From NCBI RefSeq assembly GCF_028641065.1, contig NC_073389.1, positions 27,714,001 to 27,778,000 of the forward strand: a stretch of 64,000 nt of DNA. Direction: 5' to 3'. The translations under genes and the position numbers were made by a program. The notes under the pieces are model-generated. The model saw only the letters and a program-made list of their open reading frames with translations. It made no database searches and was not told the DNA's origin. Shown in pieces: positions 13,511 through 25,000 of the stretch; position 1 is the first letter of the stretch, and every line of letters begins with the position of its first letter. This DNA comes from Leucoraja erinacea. Lineage: Eukaryota.

Positions 13511-14422
13511 GAACCAGAGGACATCGGTTTCCGGTGAGATAAGGGGTAACAAAATGAATAGGAACCTGAGGAACCTGAATGTTTTCATAAAGAGCGTGGT
13601 GGGTGTATGGAATGAGCTGCCGGAGGTGGTAGTTAAACAGGTACTATCGCAATATTTAAGGAACATTTAGACAGGTATATGGGTAGGATATCCTGTGGAA
13701 ATCCCCCGTCTGATTACTTAGAGCAAATAAACAGTGGTCAAACAGATACTGCAGCATATTGCATGTTGTTGTGTGAGGAAACACCTGTGTGTTTGCACCA
13801 CCCCTATCGCAGGGAATGGCCTTTGTACGCTTTGTAACCAACATGCCCCATCTACACTAGTCACACCTGCACGCGTTTGGCCCATGTCCCTCTAAATCTG
13901 ACCTATCCATGCACCTGTCCAAACGTTTTTAAACGTTGCTACAGCACCTGCCTCAACCGCTTCCTCCACATACCTCGTTCCACCGTGTAAATAAAAGTTG
14001 ACCCTCGGGTTCCTATTAAATCTTTCTCCACTCACCTTAAACCTATGTCCACTGGTTCTGATTCCCCTACTGCAATGTCCACTGGTTCTTGATTCCCCTC
14101 TCCAATCACATACGCACACTCATGTGCGCGCACACACACGCTGTTCACATTTATGCCTTCTTCCGCAGTCTGTAGATTTCCACCTCCTAATGCAGGCTGA
14201 ATATACAGCCTTCCTAGAAGACACACACACCACTCTTACACCCACACCACACTCACACTCACTCACACGCACACACAACTCTCTCACACATACATGGGGT
14301 TAGGAGGGAAAGATAGAAGGGAATAGGAAGGAAAGCCATGATTGAATGGCAGAGTCGACTTGAATGGCCTAATTCTGCTCCTTTTCCTTATGACCACTCA
14401 CTCACTCACTCACTCACTCACT

Positions 14423-14460
<38 letters not shown>

Positions 14461-14589
14461 CCACCCTTTTACTCCTAAAATACCTGTGGAATCTCTTGGG
14501 ATTTCCCTTTACTCTGCCTGGCGACTCCATTTCCTGTGCTATTTTTGCCCTCCAAACTTGCCCTTCTTAAATATCCCCTACACTTCCCA

Positions 14590-14756
14590 TAGCTGATTTA
14601 CAACGCAGTCTCTGGCGTAAAAAGAGCACAGCTGTCGCCCAGAGTTTGACAAACCGGTTGACATCTGCCCAGTTCACCAACAGTTGCAGCCGCGACGCCG
14701 TGAGCTAATTCGGAAGTGCTGACATTCTAATGAGATCATAAACTGACAGTACAACC
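14590..14756 (+). promoter_or_regulatory. candidate promoter-distal segment, CpG-containing, with ETS motif CGGAAGT
   Basis: Unique sequence with several CpGs and CGGAAGTG at 14711, separated from the ATG-proximal unique region by a TIR element. Confidence 0.3.
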
Positions 14757-15698
14757 CAAAGGTCTTAGAGCAGGGGTGAGGGAGTGCGCGGCCCGGGGAG
14801 AGGGAGTGTGTGGGGCCCGGGGCTGGGGGGAGAGGGGAGCATAGGGGGGGGGCGAGGGACATTGTAGTGGGGGGGGCAGGCGGGGGAGAGTGCCGGTGCC
14901 GGGGGGGGGGGGGGGGGATAAGGCCTAATGTGTGTGAAGTTACTGGGAGGTTTACAATGTTTCTTATTTAATGTCCCTTGTCTAGTCCGAAATAAAGTTC
15001 ATCATTGGATCAGAAGAAATATCATTGTGTGTGTTATATGATTATATACATTTATATCACATTCATGTATGTGTATTTATAAACATTTTATTCTTTAACA
15101 AGAATTAACAGAATTATGAACTAGCAAAATTATGAATCTAACCCTATATCACGCACAAAAACGTCCCCCGCAATGTCAATTACCCTGCGAGTCGGGTCGG
15201 GTCGGTTCCGGTTACTACAAAATCAAGTCAAACACTGCTTGTGAGCAATTTAAAAAGAAATGATTTAAAAACATTAAAAAAGACAATTATCAGAGTCAAA
15301 TTTTATTCTTGACAAGAAGTATGAACTGACAGAATTATGAATCTAACCCTATATCACACACACACACACAAATTGTTGCCCCGCAACATTGGTTACACTG
15401 CGAAGGTTACACAGAAAAGCTGGAGAAACTCAGCGGGTGCAGCAGCATCTATGGAGCTGAGTAGCTCCATAGATGCTGCTGCACCCGCTGAGTTTCTCCA
15501 GCTTTTCTGTGTAACCTTCGATTCTCCAGCATCTGCAGTTCCCTCTTAAACATTGGTTACACTGCGAGTCGGGTCGGGCCAGGTAGGCTCCGGTTACTAA
15601 AATGGGCGGGGAAAAGTGCCCAGGATCCCCTCCGTAGCGTACTACACGTCAGCCCATTTCGCAGGAGTGGCCTATCTTGCTCTGCTCTAAGATCTTTG
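14757..15698. mobile_element. non-autonomous TIR DNA transposon (hAT- or P-like), 8-bp TSD
   Basis: Ends CAAAGGTCTTAGAGCAG...CTGCTCTAAGATCTTTG; flanks GTACAACC / GTACAGCC (7/8 match); internal ~100-bp direct repeat. Confidence 0.75.
15401..15548. mobile_element. fold-back Penelope-derived insertion with 58-bp perfect inverted repeat and 19-bp TSD
   Basis: Arms 15401-15458 and 15463-15520, loop GAGT; AACATTGGTTACACTGCGA duplicated at 15385-15403 and 15549-15567. Confidence 0.85.
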
Positions 15699-15975
15699 GT
15701 ACAGCCCACACACACACCCTCATCGAGGTGCACCTTGTTTAACTAGTCCCTGCATTAGCAGCACCAAGCCACTGCAGATTGACAACTGCCGATTTCTGCA
15801 AAAGAAATAGCAGAACAGTAAAACTGGGATGCAGAACTTAAACAACTTGTGGCTGCAATGTTTTTTTTTTACATAGAACTGCTGCTCAAATTCGCGGTTA
15901 AAAGAGACTGCCAGTCATTTCTGAAACTTCTGTAACGACTGAGTACAACCCAGACGGTTGCCCGGACTTACAGGG

Positions 15976-16045
15976 ATGGAGTTGCCTCGTTCGACTTCTT
16001 TGAAGATTGCAAAGTTTCTGATATTCTCTCTGATTATCTCGTTTG
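15976..16045 (+). CDS. CD101: coding exon 1, signal peptide [23 protein letters not shown]
   Basis: Good Kozak context gggATGG, basic then hydrophobic segment, ends G|GTGAGT (phase 1); joins exon 2 to give ...[12 protein letters not shown], a plausible cleavage site. Confidence 0.8.
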
Positions 16046-19000
16046 GTGAGTAGCCTGTTTATCGTTGTACCATGTTAGTCCTTGTGGACGGAGCACCTAT
16101 GTCCCATGCTGGGAGATGTCACGCCTTGTTTTAACCTGTCAAGGTAATGATGGTTCTTAAAGCCGCACCTTTGGTAGAACTGCCCCTGTCGACTGCTATA
16201 AACCAGCAACAAGGAACTAAAGTATTCTGTGCTAGTAATTATTAAACGTCTCTGAGAAACGCCAGCTTGCATTTGTATTTGCATTTGTATATGAAATGTC
16301 ACAAGTTATTTCTACAGTTTCAACAAAAAAAAAGATTGAGATATTAATATCGGGCTAGTCACAAAGAGTCATAGAAACCGTCCCTTCGGTCCACCTTGTA
16401 CATGCTGACCTAGTCGGTACACTGTACGACTCTATGACTCGATTTGCCTGCATTTGGCCCATAGTCCTCTAAACCGTTCCTATCCAATTACTTGTCCAAA
16501 TGTTTTTTATAAATCACGAGAGGAATGGATAGGGCGAATGCACAGTCTTTTACCCAGGGTGGGAGAATCAAGAACCAGAGGACATATGTTTAAGGTGAGA
16601 GGGGAAAGATTTAAAAGGAGCCTGAAGAGCAACTTTTTGAGTCAGAGGGTGGTGGGTGTATGGAATGAGCTACCGAAGGAGGTAGTTAGTGTAGGTAACC
16701 TGAGACAGGTATTTAACATTTACATGTTGGAATTTACATTTACAACATTTAAAAAGACATTTGGACAGGTACATGGATAGTAATGTTTTAAAAGGATATG
16801 GACCAAACACAGGCAGGTGGTACTAGCATAGATAGGACATATTGGTCAGATGGGCTGAAGGGCCTGTTTCCACACTGTATGATACGACCCTAAGTCACAA
16901 TTGTTTCTGCTTCAATAGCTTCCGCTGGCAGATTTAGCTTTTAGTTTAGAGATACAGCATGGAAACAAGCCCTTCAGCCCACTGAGTCTATGCTTACCAT
17001 TGATCATCCATTCGCACTAGTTCTATGTTATCCCACTTTCTCATTAACTCCCTACACAATTTACAGAAGACAATTAACCTACAAACCTGCACGTCTTTGA
17101 GATGTGGGAGGAAACCGGAGCACCTGGAGGAATCCTATGTGGTCACAGGAAGAACGTGCAAACTCCACACACAGGCAGCATCTATTTGCCCCCATATCCC
17201 TCCAAACCTTGATTATTCAGTCAGAGGGTGGTGGGTGTATGGAATGAGGAGGAGGAGCCATCTTGGAGAGTGTACGGAGGAGGAGCCATCTTGGAGAACG
17301 TCTGCTAACCAGCAGCCGTCCATTTAACTCACTTTTTGTTGGAGTTTTAGTAAGTCCTGTCCTTTGTCTGTTGGAGAATGGACTTTTTAATGTGAGGGGA
17401 AGGAGGTAATTATACTTCTAGGTCCCTACTTGGTCGGTGAGGCAGCTTTTTCTCCGGGCTGCCCCATCGACCCGTCCTCGTGGCCTACCAGCAGGCGTGG
17501 AGCGCCGTTTCCTGGCGGGGACCGCACAGCACCATGGCTTCGGTGGCGGCACAGCGCTGGGGCGCTATCGCGGAGCGGGCGATGCCTTGCCTGGTTCGCC
17601 GCGCTGGATCGACATGCTGGAGCTCCGGTGAGCTGTGACCGCTGAGATCAACACCTCCGGGCTGCGGGTCTGCGGAGCGGGCGGCGCCGACTCTAACATC
17701 GGGAGCCTGGGAGCTCCAAACCGGTGCGGCCTTGTCGGCTTCGGAAGCTGCGGTCCTCAGTCAGGAAGCGGCCGTTCCAGGTGGCCCAGCCGCTGAGAGG
17801 ACTCTCCCGACGCCGGGGCAACAGCACCCGGTGAGAACGGCCAGGAACATCGGGCCTCCGTGGAGGCAATAGCGGTGGCCTCAATAGGCCTGACTTTGGG
17901 TGAACTGGGGATGGGGACTGGACATTGTGCCTTCCCCCACAGTCATAACCATTGTGGGGGGATGATTTTTTTTTTTCGTGTGTAAGTAAACATGTTCGTC
18001 TGCGTCCAAGATGGCTGTCGGAAGGGAGAGTGGACACTGGCGCGCTTTAGCTGCCGCTGCTCTCTCTTCACATTGTGTTTTTGATTTTTTGTCTTTGGAT
18101 TGAATTCTGTTTTTAATTTGTGTTTTGTGATGTCTTTATTATTTATTTTATTACGATTATTTGTTTTATTATTCTTGTTAATCTTTGTAAGGTGTCCTTG
18201 AGATTTTTGAAAGGCGCCCCCAAATAAAATGTATTATTATTATTATTATTCATATATCAATCCAAATGCCTTCCATCCCACTTTATTCTCAAATTCAGTG
18301 AAGAGTGTTTTATTGTCCCAAACAGAATAATTAAATTCTTACTTGGAGAGAGAGAGAGGGGGAGGGGGGGGAGCAGAGAGAGGGGGGGGGGGAGAGAGAG
18401 AGGGGGAAGAGGGAAGAGAGGGGAGAGAGAGGGTGTGCTGAGAGGGGGGAGGGGGAGATGTGGGGAGCAGGGGGGGGGAGGGAGGAGGAGTGGAGGGAAG
18501 GGAGAGAGGGGGAGGAGGGGGGGGGGGAGAGGAGAGGGGGGGAGAGGAGGAAAGGGGGAGGGGAGAGGAAAGGGGGGAGGGGAGAGGAGGAAAGGGGGAA
18601 GGGAGAGGAAAGGGGGACGGAGAACCTAAAACACGTTTTAGAACCAAAAAAGACACATTCTGCAAGCATTGTAGAACCAAAAGAGACACTTTTTGCAAAT
18701 ATTTTAGAACCAATAGACACTTTTTGCAAACATTTTAGAACCAATAGACACATTCTGCAAGCGTTTTAGAACCACTAAGGCCACTTACGTTTGAGTAGAC
18801 ATGTGTTCAGTGTTATTCACAGTTCAGAGAAACGTGACCCTCTGCTTTCCTCCATCTTGAAGAGACTATGAGGCACACCACTTCTTGGTTTTATAGTCCC
18901 TCCCCCCTCCCCCCTGCCGCCAGCAGGGGCAGCAGGAGAGAATGGGGAATTTTGTAAAAACATTAATATCTCTGTCATTTTTCATTGACGGGAAAAATCC

Positions 19001-22000
19001 TCGGCACACGTACGGCGGAGGGGGGCTCTGAGCAAGGTGGCCAAAAATGACGGCCGTAGGTGGCGGCGTTCTCTCGGAAATCGCAGCACAGATGGCCAAA
19101 ACCGGTCAAGAACAGTCTTTTAATAATATATATATATATATATATATATAGTACTGAACTTTTCCTTGTTTATTATACTATATATTCTGAACTTTGTTTA
19201 TTATATGTGTGTGTGTGCGTTTTTCCGTACACAATACACACACACGCACACATGTGTGTCTGAAGAAGGGTTTCGGCCCGAAACGTTGCCTATTTCCTTC
19301 GCTCCATAGATGCTGCTGCACCCGCTGAGTTTCTCCAGCATTTTTGTGTACCACACATATATATGTATACACACACATAAAAACATGCAACAATAGTGCA
19401 AAATTAATACCAATGTAACCAAGTCCTTATAGTTCAGAGCATATTTGGAGGTTGTAGTATTCAATAGCCTGATGGTTGTTGTGAAGAAGCTGGTACTGAT
19501 CCTGGATGTTACAGTTTTCAGGCTCCTGTACTTTCTTCCCGATGAGAGGAGTGAGATGAGAGCGTAGCCAGGGTGGTATGGTCCCTGATAACGCTGGCTG
19601 TCTATTTAAGGCAGCAACTCCCGTAATTCCCTTCAGTGGTGGGGAGGTCAGTACTAGTTGAATGTCACAAAAAAATGCAGAAATTGTCACCACAAAATGT
19701 GACTGTGTCTGTACAGTAGCTGCTCTGAATAGTCCAACCAAACGCCATCATTTTGACATTTTGAAGAAGGGTCTCAAACCGAAACGTCGCCTATTCCTTT
19801 TCTCCAGAGATGCTGTCTGACCCGCTGAGTTACTCCAGGTTTTTGTGTCTATCTGCAGTCATTTTGACATATTTGTTATCTACAATCGTGGCATCTATAT
19901 ATTCAACAGACGTTGTTCAGTAATTACTTGTGGGTTAGGTCCCTCTGAACTTTCAGTGAACTTCACTTATTAAGAAGTACTTTAGAAATACAAATAGATT
20001 GAATTATTTGGCCCCAGTGTAGAATAATATAGCTCAGGAACAGGTCCAACACGTCCATGCCGGCAAAAATATACCCCATCAAAGTTAGTTCCATTTGTCT
20101 GCATTTGACCCATATCCCTCAAAACTTTTCTTATCCATGTACTTGTCCAAATGTCTTTTAAATGTTGTTATTGTACCTGCCTCAATTCCCTTCTCTGGCA
20201 GCTCGTTCCATAAACCCACCACCCTCTGTGTGAAAAAGTTGCCCCTCAGGTTCCTATTAAATCTTGCCTCTCTTACCTTAACCCTCATTCCACTGGTTCT
20301 TGATTCCCCTGCTTTGGGTAAAACACCCAATCTATTCCACTCATGATTTTGTACACCTCCATAAGATCACCCCTCTCCCTCCCGTGCTCGCTCCTGGGAA
20401 TAAAGCTCTAGCCTGCCCAACCTCTCCCTGTAGTACCCAGAGAAAACCCATGCGGTCACAGGGAGAACGTACAGACAGCACCTGCGGTCAGGATTGTACC
20501 TGGCGTTGTGAGGCAGCAGCTCTACCGCTGCATCACTGTGTTGCTCATGTTGAGAGGAAATGGTTCAAGTCTCAGTCTGAGGCCTGGCTGGAGATTGATG
20601 GTGTGACAGATGTCTGCGACATCACCTCATGCCTGTAGCTTCAATGAGGTTAAAAAGTGGTCAACAGATTTAATCATGCACATCATTTGCATCAGTGAAA
20701 CCAAGTGTACGGTAACATCCTCTATCTGTTGGTGCAATTGTTCCGATAACCTATATGTTCAATGTGTAGAGAGACAAAGAACTGCAGATGTGGTTAAAAC
20801 ATAAAAACGTTACTTTCAACTATAGAGATACAGCTCGGAAACAGGCCCTTCGGCCACCGAGTGATGAATGATCCCCATCCACTAGCACTACCCTACACAC
20901 TAGTGACAATTTACAATTTTTACCAAAGATAATTAACCTACAAAGCTGCATGTCTTTGTCGTGTGAGAGGAAACCCGGAGCACCTGGAGAAAACCCACAC
21001 TGTCATGGGGAGAATGTATAAACTCCGTACAGACAGCACCCATAATCAGGATCAAGCCTAGGTCTTAGGCGCTGGAAAAGCCCTGTCCCACTGAACGGGT
21101 TCATTCAAGAGCTCTCCCAAGTTTTAAAAAAATCAAACTCGTGGAAGCACGTTGCGGGTACGTCGGAGCTCGGGGACGTCTCTTAGAGGCTCATAACGGC
21201 AGGTACTCGGGAAACGCGGTAAGCTCGGGAAGACTCATGAAGATTTTTCAACATGTTGAAAAATGTCCACGAGAGCCCCGAGTACCTACGAGCGGCCATT
21301 ACCGTAAATCTCCGAGTTCAAATCAGGGAGAACTCTTGAATGAACTCGTACAGTGAGACAGGGCTTTAAGGCAGCACCTCTACCGCTGTGCCACCCTGCT
21401 GCCCTAGTTGGCGAGATGTGTTGTGGAGTCTGCAGCCCTGATATGGAGGATACCTTGTGTTGGTGCGTAAACAGCCCAGCTGGCACATTCGTGGTTGAAA
21501 AAGGATTCTGTGGATCAGGATGAGAGAATTCATTATGTTGTTGTGTATAGCAGGCTGCTGGAACTGGAATTTCTTGCTTCAAGATCGAACTGATATGTGA
21601 ATTAAACTCAGAAGAGGGAGTGGCAGTCAAGAAATCTGACAAAGATTACCTTTAGATAAAGGCACAAAATGCTGGAGTAACACAGCGGATCAGGCAGAAT
21701 CTCCGGAGAACATGGGTATATGATGTTTCAGGTCGGGACCCTTCTTCACATTCTGATCAGTCTGAAGTTCCTTGTTTCTAAAGATTACCTTAACCAAGTT
21801 AACTTAAACACAGCAACATAGCTGATGGAGCTGCTGCCTCACAATGCTTGAGACCCGGGTTCGAACCTGACCTCGGGTGCTGTCTATGTGTGAAGTTTGC
21901 ACGTTCTCACTGCGACTGCCTGGGTTTCCTCCAGGTGCACTGGGTTCCTCCCACATCCCAAAGATGTGCGGGTTTGTAGGTTAATTGGCCCTCTGTAAAT

Positions 22001-25000
22001 TACCTCTGGTGTGTAGGGAGTGGATGAGAAAGCGGGATAAAATTGAACTCATGTGAACGTGTGATTTATGATCGGCATGTACATAGAAACATAGAAAATA
22101 GGTGCACGAGTAGGCCCTGCACCGCCAGTTCGAGCCTGCACCGCCATTCAATATGATCATCCAACCTCGGTATCCTGTACCTGCCTTCTCTCCATACCCC
22201 CTGATCCCTTTAGCCACAAGGGCCTCATAACTCCCTCTTAAATATAGCCAATGAACTGGCCTCAACTACCTTCTGTGGCAGAGAATTCCAGAGATTCACC
22301 ACTCTCTGTGTGAAAAATGGTTTTCTCATCTCGGTCCTAAAAGATTACCCCCTTATCCTTAAACTGTGACCCCTTGTTCTGGACTTCCCCAACATCGGCA
22401 ACAATCTTCCTGCATCTAGCCTGTCCAACCCCTTAAGAATTTTGTAAGTTTCTATAAGATCCCCCCTCAATCTTCTAAATTCTAGTGAGTACAAGCCGAG
22501 TCTATCCAGTCTTTCTTCATATGAAAGTCCTGACATCCCAGGAATCAGTCTGGTGAACCTTCTCTATACTCCCTCTATGGCAAGAATGTCTTTCCTCAGA
22601 TTAGGAGATCAAAACTGTACGCAGTACTCCAGGTGTGGCCTCACCAAGACCCTGTACAACTGCAGTAGAACCTCCCTGCTCCTATACTCAAATCCATTTG
22701 CTATGAATGCTAACACACCATTCGCTTTCTTTACTACCTGCTGCACCTGCATGCCTACTTTCAATGACTGGTGTACCATGACACCCAGGTCTCGTTGCAT
22801 CTCCCCTTTTCCTAATCGGCCACCATTCAGATAATAGTCTAATTTCCTGTTTTTGTCACCAAAGTGGATAACCTCACATTTATCCACATTATACTGCATC
22901 TGCCATGCATTTACCCACTCACCCAGCCTATCCAAGTCACCTTGCAGCCTCCTAGCATCCTCCTCACAGCTAACACTGCCCCCCAGCTTCATGTCATCCG
23001 CAAACTTGGAGATGTTGCATTCAATTCCCTCGTCCAAATCATTAATATATATTGTAAATAGCTGGGGTCCCAGCACTGAGCCTTGCGGTACCCCACTAGC
23101 CACTGCCTGCCATTCTGAAAAGGACCCGTTTACTCCTACTCTTTGCTTCCTGTCTGCCAGCCAGTTCTCTATCCATATCAATACTGAACCCCCAATACTG
23201 TGTGCTTTAAGTTTGTATACTAATCTCTTATGTGGGACCTTGTCGAAAGCCTTCTGAAAGTCCAGATATAACACATCCACTGGTTCTCCCTTATCCACTC
23301 TACTAGTTACATCCTCGAAAAATTCTATGAGATTTGTCAGACATGATTTATCTTTCATAAATCCATGCTGACTTTGCCCAATGATTTCACCACTTTCCAA
23401 ATGTGCTGCTATCCCATCTTTAATAACTGACTCTAGCAGTTTCCCCACTACCGATGTTAGACTAACTGGTCTGTAATTCCCCGTTTTCTCTCTCCCTCCA
23501 TTTTTAAAAAGTGGTGTTACATTAGCTTCCCTCCAATCCTCAGGAACTACTCCAGAATCTAAAGAGTTTTGAAAAATTATCACTAATGCATCCACTATTT
23601 CTGGGGCTACTTCCTTAAGTACTCTGGGATGCAGCCTATCTGGCCCTGGGGATTTATCGGCCTTTACTCGGTGGGTCAAAGGGCCTGTATATCTAAACTA
23701 AACAATCGCTCAAAGAAAATTATGAAATGTTTACAATGAGGAAGTACAGGTGACAATATATATTAGGAGAAGATGATAGAAAGCTTTATCTTAACTTTTA
23801 GGAATAGATTGTTTAGTTTCAAGTTTAGTTTTTAGATATTTAAAATATAACACCAGAATGTCAAATGGAGACACAAGGAATTGCAGATGCTGGAATTGTG
23901 AATGAAACACAAAGTTAGTTCCCAGAGATCCTTTAGCAGTTTGTGTTTTTACCAAAATATCACAATTTGTTTTAGACTCTAGATTTTAGAGATACAGCGC
24001 GGAAACAGGCCCTACGGCCCACCGACTCAGAGGTTGTCGGAGGTTTTGGGGAGAAGGCAGGAGAATGGGATTAAGAGGGAGAGATAGATCAGCCATGATT
24101 GAATGGTGGAGTAGACTTGATGGGCAGAATGGCCTAATTCTATTTCTTGTGACCTTATGACTCGACGTTGACCAGCGATCACCCTGTGCACTAGCACTAT
24201 CTTGCACACTAGGGACAATTTACAACTTACAGAAACCAATTAACCTACAAACCTGCACCTCTTTGGAGGAGGGGTGGGAACCAGAGCACCCAAAGAAAAC
24301 CCATGTGGTCATGGGGAGAAGGTACAAACTCCGCACAGACAGCACCCATTGTCAGGATTGAACATGATCTCTACCGCTGCGTCACTGTGCCGAACATTTT
24401 TGGCGGCGTTTTATTTACCTATGGACCCGATCTTTCCCTCCTGGAAACAGGGTCTCAAGATTAATATTAAAGACACTTGAAGGCATCAAATACATCTTAC
24501 TGATAACCTTTACAAAGTTAAATTGAAGTTTGAACTCTTTAGACTTAAAATCGAGGTCTCTCTGAGCTTGAGGTAAGGTGTCGAGTTTCCTCTATTATTC
24601 TGCTGATATCGGCAGGGTTGAGGACACAAAAGTCTTGCAGCTGAGGTTTAGCACTTGATCCAAATTCGGAAGCCACTTCCTGTATTAGATTATTTAGTAC
24701 ATTACAATGAATAAAGATAATGTCAAATGAAGCAAGCTTGCATCCATCTCTGCAGCCATCCAATTGCTTGTGAGAGTCAGAGACATGCAGCATGGAGCAG
24801 GCCCTTCAGCCCAACCTGCCCATGCCGACCAATATGACCCATCTAAGCTTGCCCCACATGCCTGCATTTGGCCCATATCTCTCTAAACCTGCAATGTACA
24901 TACCTAAATATTTTTTAAATGCTAAAATTTGTAAATTGCCCCTAGTGTGTAGGATAATGCTCGTGTATCGGGTGATCGCTGGTTGGCCCGGACTCTGTGT

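Noticed and set aside
18331-18769. Pro/Ser- or Gly/Arg/Glu-rich ORFs (also 30331-30798, 7641-8062, 60540-60989)
   Set aside because: Translations of purine-rich tracts and CA microsatellites
18636-18775. CRISPR-like array
   Set aside because: Contiguous minisatellite without unique spacers, in a eukaryotic context
21286-21642. 118-aa minus-strand ORF
   Set aside because: Non-ATG start, runs into SINE/MITE sequence, no motif
22609-23679. Active autonomous LINE or domesticated RT gene
   Set aside because: 5'-truncated, lacks endonuclease/ORF1 and has an in-frame stop before the C-terminus
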